Source: a virus (taxonomy: Duplodnaviria > Caudoviricetes). From it: a stretch of 64,000 bases of DNA. The notes under the pieces are model-generated. The model was not told where the DNA came from, searched no databases, and saw nothing but the letters and a program-made list of their open reading frames with translations. The translations under genes and the position numbers were made by a program. The stretch covers positions 1 to 64,000 of the IMG/VR virus record IMGVR_UViG_3300011560_000001; one strand, given 5' to 3'. This document shows, one piece after another, positions 39,014 to 47,877 of the stretch (position 1 is its first letter; every line of letters begins with the position of its first letter).

Positions 39014-41236
39014 ATGAATGATAAAACCCTTCTTAGCCAACAGGTCGCGGCCACTCGCCAGTTCCTGACCGCTAATGGTAGCAAACCAGCAGACAAAGGT
39101 CTGGAGAACACCTTCCTGTCTATGGAATCTGCTTCTAAGGTTGATTTCAAATCCATGGACAAACTGGTTAACGATATGGATGTTAAGAGCTTCAGCAGCG
39201 ACATCCGTAAAGCAGAAGAACCGGTTCTGTCCATGCTGGGCTTCGAAACCACCACTCCGGAAGAGAAGCAGCGTATTGAAGAACAGTTGTTCACCATGAA
39301 CGCACAGCAGGCTCGTGCAGCAGCATTGATCATGCTGGCTCATGGCAACCCGGTAGAATATGCTAAACAAGCACGTTCCATGAACATCAGCACCACTCCG
39401 TCTGGCCGTGAAGTTGACAGCTCTAACTTCGTCATGATGGCTGCTGATTCCTGCGGTTGCGAATCTGAAGAACTGGTTCAGCTGTCCTACGACCAGAAAG
39501 AACTGCGTGACATGATGCCGTACTCCGTTGTGTTCAACGTGAAGGCTTCTCGTCTGAGCCGCATGGGTAACGAACTGTACAACACCATCGTTCTGGCTCC
39601 GAACCAGATCGGTTATGACGTATCTTTCCGTCGTCCGCTGGTGTTCAACCACCTGCGCCGTAACGCTGACGGTACTCCGGCTGATTGGGTACGTCGTCCG
39701 CTGCTGGATGCGTTCATGTACAACGACGTTCTGTCCAATGACGTGACCGATCTGCATCCGATCTATCGTGCTGACGATGCTAACGCGCAGTACTTCGTTG
39801 ACAAAACTATCGTTGCTCCGCGTGACATCGAGATCAAAGGTGTAACTTACAAAACGTCTTACCTGGCTGTTGATAAACTGATCGACATGATCGGTATCGC
39901 TGAAGACGATAGCATTCTGGCTAACGGTTACAGCGACAACACCGATGCGCTGGATGCTCAGATCACGCTGACCAAAATCCTGGTGGAAATCAAATCCGCT
40001 AAGCACAGCAAGACCTCTTACGTTCCGTTCGACGTATCCGGTCTGATTACCAACGGTTTCCAGAAATCCCTGGAAGGCGACTTCCGCAAAATGACCCTGG
40101 CGTTCGACACCCACTCCATCTTCGTTGATGAGAACACTGTTGACGTTAAAGGTGCGAAAGCTGAAGCGCTGCAAGACATCATCGATGCGAAATCTGCTGC
40201 TCAGCTGGCTATCGAAGTTTACGGTTCTTCCAACGTAGAGAAAGCAGGTCTGCGTGTTAACGGTGCTAACGCTGAACTGTATCGCCTGGTTGATCAGGAC
40301 AACATCGAACAGCCGCGTAAGAGCCAAGAATTTAAAGACCTGGCTGACGACCTGAGCTTCAAACTGGTTGGTTACGAACTGCGTATCCGCCGTAACAACA
40401 GCAACCGTCGTGAACGTGGTAAGCACCTTGACTTCAACATGAAGCAAGAGCGTTACGCAATCGGCCTGCTGGCTCCGTTCTCTATTCCTCGTCCGCTGGA
40501 TTGGGAAGAAAACGCTGCTGACCTGGACGTTCTGATCCAAGCTGCTAACGCACGTTTCGACAACCTGATGGTTGAGAAACTGTTCAGCTACAAAGATGCA
40601 CTGAAAGCGGTTGCGACCTCTCGCTTCCGTCAGTTCGGTGACATCCAGATCGAAGGTTTCGGTCGTTACCTGATTCGTCCGTGGTTCGAAGAAATCAATC
40701 TGGACCTGGCGAAATCTGTTCAGGGTACCACCACTGCAGAACGTCGTGCTGAAGTGTCCGCTGCGATCATGAACGTGATTCGTGAGATGGCATACCGCAT
40801 GTACTCCGAGTCTGGTTATCAGCCAGCTCTGCAGCTGCTGTCTTCCAACGCTGATGAGAAACCGCGTTGCGTGGTAGCGACCGACAACTACATCCCGCAG
40901 TTCCTGCAGACCGATGGTGATTTCCGTACCGTTGGTGTAAGCTTCAACTTCGTGGTTGTAGATAACCCGAACGTCCTGCTGCGTGATAAGATCTTCGTGA
41001 CCCTGTCTCGTGGTATCCAGGGTTCTCCGGATCCGCTGACCTTCGGTATGTTCCTGTACGTACCGGAACTGGTATCTGTTGCTCAGGTTACCCGTAACGG
41101 TCAGGTTTCTAAAGAAACCATGGTTCAGCCTCGCTGCCGCTTCGTTAACAACTGCCCGCTGCTGGGTCTGATTAACGTTGTGAACCTGCGTAAGGTCTAC
41201 ACCGAAAACATCAAGCTGCCGGTTCAGACTAACTGA
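39014..41236 (+). CDS. major capsid protein (phiKZ gp120-like, 740 aa precursor)
   Basis: Strongest codon bias in the window; SME|S propeptide site; NSNRRERG and ETMVQPR..FVNNCPLLG motifs typical of phiKZ-type MCPs; synteny helicase-MCP-nvRNAP. Confidence 0.92.
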   Translation: MNDKTLLSQQVAATRQFLTANGSKPADKGLENTFLSMESASKVDFKSMDKLVNDMDVKSFSSDIRKAEEPVLSMLGFETTTPEEKQRIEEQLFTMNAQQARAAALIMLAHGNPVEYAKQARSMNISTTPSGREVDSSNFVMMAADSCGCESEELVQLSYDQKELRDMMPYSVVFNVKASRLSRMGNELYNTIVLAPNQIGYDVSFRRPLVFNHLRRNADGTPADWVRRPLLDAFMYNDVLSNDVTDLHPIYRADDANAQYFVDKTIVAPRDIEIKGVTYKTSYLAVDKLIDMIGIAEDDSILANGYSDNTDALDAQITLTKILVEIKSAKHSKTSYVPFDVSGLITNGFQKSLEGDFRKMTLAFDTHSIFVDENTVDVKGAKAEALQDIIDAKSAAQLAIEVYGSSNVEKAGLRVNGANAELYRLVDQDNIEQPRKSQEFKDLADDLSFKLVGYELRIRRNNSNRRERGKHLDFNMKQERYAIGLLAPFSIPRPLDWEENAADLDVLIQAANARFDNLMVEKLFSYKDALKAVATSRFRQFGDIQIEGFGRYLIRPWFEEINLDLAKSVQGTTTAERRAEVSAAIMNVIREMAYRMYSESGYQPALQLLSSNADEKPRCVVATDNYIPQFLQTDGDFRTVGVSFNFVVVDNPNVLLRDKIFVTLSRGIQGSPDPLTFGMFLYVPELVSVAQVTRNGQVSKETMVQPRCRFVNNCPLLGLINVVNLRKVYTENIKLPVQTN

Positions 41237-41323
41237 ACTACCGTAGCTGCTTCGTTGGATGATATTCTTGATGACAACGTTGCGGATGGTTTCATTGCAC
41301 CGGACATTCATCCGGCACCGTGA
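41234..41323 (+). other. probable stop-codon read-through extension of the MCP (X-TTVAASLDDILDDNVADGFIAPDIHPAP*)
   Basis: 28 in-frame sense codons between TGA 41234-36 and TGA 41321-23; the terminator follows the second stop; peptide motif shared with baseplate proteins. Confidence 0.65.
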
Positions 41324-41333
41324 TACATAAGTC

Positions 41334-41367
41334 AGCCTCCCTCAGCCCGTAAGGGTTGGGGGAGGTT
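41334..41367 (+). terminator. hairpin family copy 6 (variant with a fully paired stem and GTAA loop)
   Basis: AGCCTCCCTCAGCCC-GTAA-GGGTTGGGGGAGGTT flanked by CATA and TCTATG. Confidence 0.75.
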
Positions 41368-41408
41368 TCTATGCCGTTTATCGTTGCGAATAGAAAAAAT
41401 TTGACGCT

Positions 41409-41424
41409 TACATTACCTAGGTGA
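41409..41424 (+). promoter_or_regulatory. candidate phage (early-type) promoter, copy B
   Basis: TACATTACCTAGGTGA is identical to 34930-34945; lies upstream of the non-structural unit that includes the nvRNAP subunit. Confidence 0.6.
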
Positions 41425-41573
41425 CAGAAGCCTGCGATTAATAAGGCATAGACAGCACGTAAGGTCGTTCTCGCGCTAGGGGCGATACTGAAACCGTCGG
41501 CTGTCGGTTTGATAAGAACAAGAAAAGGGAAATGCATCATGCATGATATTTTTCAATCTGATGGAGGTTGACA

Positions 41574-43010
41574 ATGCCCTCCATGCCAATATGTGATACC
41601 GCGTTTGAGCCGTGGGATGGCACACACGCATATCGCATTGACGGTTATGCTGAACCGTTATATGACCTGGAATTAGGGTGGGCATGTATTAATGAATCCG
41701 GCCATACCGTGTTGGTTATCACCTCCGACAATATGTTCCAGTACATTCCTGGTAGAGTTGAGGACGGTAATACATTCAGGATCGTACGACGTTCAAAATT
41801 TCGTAGTCCTGTAATAGTTGACAGCCATGACGTATCTAATGCGAATGGTGCATTCAGAAACTTCGTCTACGCGGGTAGACGTCGGGATATACTCCGTGTT
41901 AAAAACGGAACAGGTTATGCAATAAGGAAACCGCATATCCGTCGTATCGTTAACACAGAGAAAATACCGCGTCTATTAGACCAGCAAGACTGGTACGATA
42001 CGCTGGACGAGATATGTCAAATTGACCTCAACACGTTGAACTTTAATCAACCTATTTATGTCGCGCAAATCAACGTGGCAATCGTAAAAGTTAAAGGAGA
42101 ATACAAAAGCGCAGACCATGTTACGAAAGGGATTGATCACCCCTACATCGCAACCTGTGCGCGGAGCTTAACAGGAAAGACAGAGGGTTTCCGGATTCTC
42201 GGAACACAACTCACTATCCATTGGACGCCGCCCGACTTTCATAACCCGTACAGTCTATGGGTTAACGTGCTGGGAAAAGCGTTCGAAATAAAGCCAACGA
42301 ATGGCGCAGGCGCGCCAGGTATGTTGGTTACCTTCGGGAATAATGACTCCATCTTCGTACCGGTCGAAGATTTGGAAAAAGAGATGTGGAAGTACAATGT
42401 TTTTCCGACACGCGAATCGGCATTGCATTGGCGCGACCCCATCCAAAAAGAAGCCTACAAAAATGATTTCGACCAGCGTAGCTACGAACGTAAGGCATCA
42501 GAAGAAACCCTTAAAGGGGTGATGGCTGAAATGCGACGTATGGCGGATGAACACAAGGCAGTTATCGCACAGATGCATGAGGCGCATCGCGCTGATGCAA
42601 AGCTGCGTGATGAACAACATAAAGCCGAACTCGATCAGCTTAAAGACGAACAAAAACGTAGGATGGAACAACACCAAGCCGAAATGAAACGTCAAGATGA
42701 TCTACGTAGACAAATACACGAAGATTATCAAGCTGATTTAAAACGTCGTGATGACGAGGCTAAACGCAAACATGAAGAATTCGTCGCTGAACTTCGTCGT
42801 CGAGACGAAGAATCCAAACGTAAGCACGACGAGTTTGCTGCTGAGATACGTCGACGTGATGAAGAGGCAAAAAGACAACGTGAAGCGGAAGAAGCGCGAC
42901 GTCAACGTAACGTCGATGTTTGGAAAGCCGCTGCGAGTATAACTGCGGCCGTTGTCGGTATAGGTATGACCTTTTTCAAGATTCTTGAGAAGGCGTCATC
43001 GAAAAAGTAA
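41574..43010 (+). CDS. protein with a long charged helical stalk and a C-terminal membrane anchor
   Basis: GGAGG RBS; E/R/K/H-rich 18-aa repeats; hydrophobic AAASITAAVVGIGMTFF followed by a basic tail. Confidence 0.75.
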   Translation: MPSMPICDTAFEPWDGTHAYRIDGYAEPLYDLELGWACINESGHTVLVITSDNMFQYIPGRVEDGNTFRIVRRSKFRSPVIVDSHDVSNANGAFRNFVYAGRRRDILRVKNGTGYAIRKPHIRRIVNTEKIPRLLDQQDWYDTLDEICQIDLNTLNFNQPIYVAQINVAIVKVKGEYKSADHVTKGIDHPYIATCARSLTGKTEGFRILGTQLTIHWTPPDFHNPYSLWVNVLGKAFEIKPTNGAGAPGMLVTFGNNDSIFVPVEDLEKEMWKYNVFPTRESALHWRDPIQKEAYKNDFDQRSYERKASEETLKGVMAEMRRMADEHKAVIAQMHEAHRADAKLRDEQHKAELDQLKDEQKRRMEQHQAEMKRQDDLRRQIHEDYQADLKRRDDEAKRKHEEFVAELRRRDEESKRKHDEFAAEIRRRDEEAKRQREAEEARRQRNVDVWKAAASITAAVVGIGMTFFKILEKASSKK

Positions 43011-43046
43011 CTTTAATCTGCTTAAGCAACTTTCTGAAAGGAGTGT

Positions 43047-44846
43047 GTGATGGATCCTAGATTCTGCAAAGCTGTCGCTGAGCTTGCACCGAAGATGAAC
43101 GAGAAGATAGCACGCAACATCGTCGTCGATAAGATGCAAGATGTTGAGTCCTATGTTGATCGTCTTTGGCGGAACAGCAAAGATAGTTTACCTAAGGATC
43201 TGGTGTATCATGGCCTGCGTCGTTGTATGGCCCGCGAACAGTTCCACTACTTAAGCGGAGGAAAGAAAACCAAAGGGAAGGATAGCGGTAAACTGACGTT
43301 CGACCTTGCGCCTTCCGATGTGTTCATGGTGATGTTAGAATTCCGCTGGTACGGCGCGATGGAAGCAGGTGACCGTCGTGAACCCGGCAAGGATTACTGC
43401 ATCATCCGGCATCCTCTCCTATTACCCGCGGTAGGTCAGGGTGGTAAGATGCGTCTACGTGGTGCGAACTTCATTCTCAGTGCGGTACTCGCTGACCCCG
43501 TAATCAGTTACACGAAAGACATGGCGTTCATCATGCTTCCGCGTGACAAAATCACGGTTAAACGTACACCGTATCAGTTCCTGAGCAATGATACACCGAC
43601 CGGTATCGATTATCGACATTACTTGTCATTGCCCTGGTCGCAAATCTATCACCTTACCAAACAAAGCAAGGTGAACGGGGACAACATCAACCACACCAGC
43701 GTAACCACGTTGGGTCATTATCTCTTTGCGAAATATGGCGTGGGTGAATGTTTCCGACGTTTCGCAGGCGTCGAAGCGATCACCGGACGGAATCTCGCTG
43801 AACGTGATTTTCCGCGTGACCAATGGGTAATCTATCGCACCATGGGGGTTATTCCTAAAGGCTTTAGTATCAGCAAAAGCGGTAAAAGCCGTAGCGCTAG
43901 CGCTGTACGTTATAAACATCCTGATATTCAAATTGCTGTAAGACGTGGAGGCACGGAACGTATTGTTCTTGGCCTTGTCGGTGCATTCTTGTATCTCATC
44001 GACCGTTATTACGATCGTTTTCCGGAAGACTATCCGGTTGAGGAGTTCGCGAATGCGCCAGACCATTGGCGTACATTACTCGGTTTGATTATCTTTAATA
44101 ACAACAATGCGGATGCGCGTTTGTTGCGTGATGTAAACCACCACATCGACAGTCTCGATCTTTACGTTGATGAAATTCAACAGAAGAAGTTCAAACAGGA
44201 AAATATTCCTTGCGACGACTTCTACGAATTTATGGCGTATCTGATTGACAATGTCACTATCGAAATGAGTCGTGTTGATACCACGACGATGTTCGGTAAA
44301 GAACTGATGGTGTTGGAATACGTCATGGAGGATGTGCGTAAGAGCATCTTTAAACTGGGGTTCCATCTTAAAACCACTGAACGTGGTAAACGACAGAACA
44401 ACCGGAAAGAGATGACCAATCGCGATGTACAAAAAGCGTTACGTAATCAAGTTGCAACAGAAGCGATTCTCAACATCCAGAGCAATCGTGATAAACGCGA
44501 GAAAGTGGCAACCTCGATTCAATCACCTGGTGACTGCATGCTGTTCAAAGTAAGTACACATGTTGTTCTCCAGAGTCAAAATGCGGGCGGTGCTGCATTG
44601 GCTGACGAGAGTCGTTTGGTGAGCGGTTCCATCCCGTTCTGCGCGAGCTATCTGAATCTTCCGCACTCCGAACCAACCGGACGCCAGAAGTTCAGTATGT
44701 ACGCACCTATTGACGATCGTGGTCGGTTAATCATTACCCCACAAATCGCAAATGACGTTGCAGCAACAAACGCAGGCTTGAAGAAAGACGTCGGTCGATT
44801 CGATGAAGAAATTGTAGAAATTAACGATCGTGACATAATCGATTGA
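43047..44846 (+). CDS. non-virion RNA polymerase beta subunit, N-terminal part (phiKZ gp123-like)
   Basis: HPLLLPAVGQGGKMRLRGANF corresponds to the beta region P-x-M-T-x-x-G-T-F-x-I-N-G; C-terminal PHSEPTGR; size and synteny match. Confidence 0.8.
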   Translation: MMDPRFCKAVAELAPKMNEKIARNIVVDKMQDVESYVDRLWRNSKDSLPKDLVYHGLRRCMAREQFHYLSGGKKTKGKDSGKLTFDLAPSDVFMVMLEFRWYGAMEAGDRREPGKDYCIIRHPLLLPAVGQGGKMRLRGANFILSAVLADPVISYTKDMAFIMLPRDKITVKRTPYQFLSNDTPTGIDYRHYLSLPWSQIYHLTKQSKVNGDNINHTSVTTLGHYLFAKYGVGECFRRFAGVEAITGRNLAERDFPRDQWVIYRTMGVIPKGFSISKSGKSRSASAVRYKHPDIQIAVRRGGTERIVLGLVGAFLYLIDRYYDRFPEDYPVEEFANAPDHWRTLLGLIIFNNNNADARLLRDVNHHIDSLDLYVDEIQQKKFKQENIPCDDFYEFMAYLIDNVTIEMSRVDTTTMFGKELMVLEYVMEDVRKSIFKLGFHLKTTERGKRQNNRKEMTNRDVQKALRNQVATEAILNIQSNRDKREKVATSIQSPGDCMLFKVSTHVVLQSQNAGGAALADESRLVSGSIPFCASYLNLPHSEPTGRQKFSMYAPIDDRGRLIITPQIANDVAATNAGLKKDVGRFDEEIVEINDRDIID

Positions 44847-44880
44847 CACCTAATCGAATAAATAAAAGGATTGTAAGAAG

Positions 44881-47472
44881 ATGTATAACGGTAACAACAT
44901 ATACCAACAAATGGGCTATAGCGAGAACCCGTACGCAAGCACGGTTCGATTTGCAGCTGACCAGGTGCGTCAACAACAGTACCAGCAACCGCAATATCAA
45001 CAACCTCCGTACCAACCCCAGCAACCGGCTTATCCACAATACGGGGGCGGTTACCAACAACCACCGCAATACCAACCTAATCCAGCATATCAGCAGAACT
45101 ACCAGTTCATCACCAACGAAGGAAATATCGTCAAAATCCGTCAGGCTATCTTTAATGTCCTGAAAGAGCATGCCCAGCAAGACGATATTCAAACACAGTT
45201 CGTGGCACGTTACGCCAATAACAACGAGGCGATGGAGTCACTTGTTGAAGACTGCTGCTGGAACGTATTCTCTTACATCAACCCAGCACCTCAGAATGCT
45301 TCAGTCGATCAGATTATCGACACCGCGGTACGTACAACGATACTTATGCATCTTGTACAGTGGCTCTTTGAGGCCAATCAATATCCTGAGTATTATCGTG
45401 CAAAGGAATTAACGCGCATTAACCCGGAAGCAGCGAATAAGTACACACAACTGAATCAAGGTGGAACTCTGAGTCAAATCGCGCAGAAAACACGTGCGTT
45501 GAAATCGCAGGTAACGCAGTTGGGAATGACCTATCGCGGACCGCAAGCAAACGCGATGGTCAACACCGGATACGGTCAACCTCAACAACCTGTGTATAAC
45601 ACGTACGGTGGAGCTTATCCTCAACCGCAGTACCAACCTAATCCAGCGGTTATGCGTGGTATGGCTCCGACAATGCCAGGATACGGCACACAACCTCGAC
45701 CAACGGTTGTTCAGCAGCAAGCACCTTCGTATATGGATTCGAAGGAGTGTGCATTCAACCGTTTGTACGATGTTGGTGATGATGACCCAGTTGACGATAA
45801 ACCTGCTCCGGCAGCAACACGTCGGGAAGCACCACAAACGCGTATTTACTCAACCCATCCTGAAGGAGATATTGGTGGTATCAACGATATCTTTGCAGCG
45901 GCTGAGCAATTTGCTGAACAGTACGAAGAGCCAGAATGGCATGTTAAGGCTGGGCAGCAGAAACCCGTTCAACCTGAACCTGCGCAGGTGAAACCAGAAC
46001 CCGTTCGTACGGCTCGTTCTGCTACGGTAACAAAGACCGTTAATCCAATTGATGCGACCGAAGATGCTAAGCGTTACGGTCGTGTTGTTCAACATGAAGA
46101 ATTTATGCAGATGCGTCTGAAAGCCAAAGACTTTGCACCTAATAGTCGTTGGCCGACGTTGTATGACTTCAGGCACTTCGCTCGTCGGGCACGTATCGAC
46201 GAAAACGGAATTCTTCATGAAACCATTGTCGACATTACATCCCTCACGGAGGAAGAAGTGGAATACATCGAACTTGAATCAGACCCAACCGCTCGTCGTA
46301 TGGCAGAGCAGGAAATGGCAAAACTGGATCGTATCGCGCAAGCAGAAGTTGTTCGTGTTAGTCTTAACAAGCCTGTTCAGCGTGAACCAATCGTTGTCGG
46401 CGAGCAGCGCGAAATGAAACTGTTTACCGTCACCGATGCGATCGCAGCGTCAAGCGTTGAGGATGCTGAAACCAAAGCTTCAGTGGCGATCATTCAGCAG
46501 ACCAACACCGACGTCAACCAAAACGACGCATTAGCATTCCTGGCTACGGTCAATTCCTATCTGGGAACCTATACCGACAAAGAGCTGGATGCAATCCATG
46601 AATTCCTGGATGCTTTGTCTATTGATAAAGGTCGCAGCGACGATATCAAAGCTTATCGTCAGATCATGCAACAGTATCGAGATGTCATTCCTCTGCGTAT
46701 CTGGCATTTCCTGAACGATAGCATGACCAAAGACGTCAATAAGCTGATCAAACGTATCGTACCGAAGAACTTCTCTGAAACCACCATCTCTAGCTTCGTT
46801 GATGATATCGGAGAACTGTCCGGTTGGCTGATTCACGATCTTAAAATGGACCAGAAGTTCATTGAAGATGAATTCGCCAATTGCTACTACACCTGGGTCA
46901 ACATGCTGAAGTGTCTCTACTGCAATCGTGATGGCGAAGGTCAGTGGAACATTCGTCTTTCCATGGCTGAACTGTACAACATGCATGACTACCTGAAAGC
47001 CGCTCACGAAAAATCAGCAGCGAATCGTGAACGTCATCTGGTTGCCATGAGTGAGTATCGTGCAGAACTGGAGAAAGATGGCTCTCTGGATGCTGACGAA
47101 ATCGAACGTCGTTTGGCGGATGCGGCTACCGAAGACATGCGTGTTAATCCAGACATCGTCACTGACGAAGATAGCAACGATGCTTACTGGTTCAATCACA
47201 GCGTATTCGCGATGCGTCCGCATGTTGTTGTTCGCGTACCGACCAACGCCAAGATTCTGAAGCTGAACCAGAGCGGTTACACTCACGCATCGGCTGCAAC
47301 CAACCCAAGCATTGCTCGTATGCTGGATCAGGTGTTCAAGACCTTCGAAACCAAAGTAAAAGGTCTGCAATCTGTTACCGTGATTCTGAGTGATGATACT
47401 CGTCTGAAAGCAGTACGTACGGTAAACGGTATTACCGCTTCCGAGTACCTGCTGGAACGCGACGAACAGTAA
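44881..47472 (+). CDS. conserved hypothetical protein with Q/P/Y/N-rich low-complexity regions (863 aa)
   Basis: QQQYQQPQYQQPPYQPQQPAYPQY and GYGQPQQPVYNTYGGAYPQPQYQPN tracts; folded-looking C-terminal half. Confidence 0.75.
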   Translation: MYNGNNIYQQMGYSENPYASTVRFAADQVRQQQYQQPQYQQPPYQPQQPAYPQYGGGYQQPPQYQPNPAYQQNYQFITNEGNIVKIRQAIFNVLKEHAQQDDIQTQFVARYANNNEAMESLVEDCCWNVFSYINPAPQNASVDQIIDTAVRTTILMHLVQWLFEANQYPEYYRAKELTRINPEAANKYTQLNQGGTLSQIAQKTRALKSQVTQLGMTYRGPQANAMVNTGYGQPQQPVYNTYGGAYPQPQYQPNPAVMRGMAPTMPGYGTQPRPTVVQQQAPSYMDSKECAFNRLYDVGDDDPVDDKPAPAATRREAPQTRIYSTHPEGDIGGINDIFAAAEQFAEQYEEPEWHVKAGQQKPVQPEPAQVKPEPVRTARSATVTKTVNPIDATEDAKRYGRVVQHEEFMQMRLKAKDFAPNSRWPTLYDFRHFARRARIDENGILHETIVDITSLTEEEVEYIELESDPTARRMAEQEMAKLDRIAQAEVVRVSLNKPVQREPIVVGEQREMKLFTVTDAIAASSVEDAETKASVAIIQQTNTDVNQNDALAFLATVNSYLGTYTDKELDAIHEFLDALSIDKGRSDDIKAYRQIMQQYRDVIPLRIWHFLNDSMTKDVNKLIKRIVPKNFSETTISSFVDDIGELSGWLIHDLKMDQKFIEDEFANCYYTWVNMLKCLYCNRDGEGQWNIRLSMAELYNMHDYLKAAHEKSAANRERHLVAMSEYRAELEKDGSLDADEIERRLADAATEDMRVNPDIVTDEDSNDAYWFNHSVFAMRPHVVVRVPTNAKILKLNQSGYTHASAATNPSIARMLDQVFKTFETKVKGLQSVTVILSDDTRLKAVRTVNGITASEYLLERDEQ

Positions 47473-47521
47473 TTGACGATGGGTATTGTTAACGCGATAC
47501 CCTAGTTGATAAGGAAACCCT

Positions 47522-47797
47522 ATGAGTCATTATAAACTCATTACTGTCCCGATGGACGCAAAGGACTTACGCGAAATCGTTTTAGCAACCGAAGCAATCC
47601 AAATGGATGCTGTACTGATGGCGTACGAACGTTACCAGCTTTTCCTTTCGGTAAACGCTACGGTAGCCCGTATGAAACAGAAGTACCAGGCTCAGCTAAC
47701 CGTAATCGACCAAGGTGCTGTGATCCCACCACACCCTAGTTGGCGCGTATTGCGAAGCAACCTCACCACAATTGAATCGTGGTTAACCTCGAGATAA
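47522..47797 (+). CDS. small hypothetical/virion protein (91 aa)
   Basis: TAAGGA RBS; ends at the hairpin terminator. Confidence 0.65.
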   Translation: MSHYKLITVPMDAKDLREIVLATEAIQMDAVLMAYERYQLFLSVNATVARMKQKYQAQLTVIDQGAVIPPHPSWRVLRSNLTTIESWLTSR

Positions 47798-47814
47798 GTT
47801 AAATAGCGCATAGC

Positions 47815-47848
47815 CCTTCTCCCCTTACCTTACGGGTTGGGGAGAAGG
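47815..47848. terminator. hairpin family copy 7 (convergent junction)
   Basis: CCTTCTCCCC-TT-ACC-TTAC-GGG-TT-GGGGAGAAGG flanked by CATA and TATG, T-tract downstream. Confidence 0.75.
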
Positions 47849-47877
47849 TTAACTATGTGTTATTTTTTTACATCCGT

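Noticed and set aside
41234-41236. Genome-wide TGA reassignment or selenocysteine as the explanation of the MCP extension
   Set aside because: TGA is a real stop elsewhere (ATGA overlaps at 6265-68, 18309-12 and 32223-26) and long genes have no internal TGA. The hairpin does not match the known E. coli SECIS apex, and there is no redox motif.
39011-41311. 766-aa antisense ORF spanning the MCP
   Set aside because: It is the codon-aligned shadow of a highly biased gene that avoids TTA/CTA/TCA; it has no RBS or protein-like motifs. Used only as supporting evidence that coding bias continues past the MCP stop.
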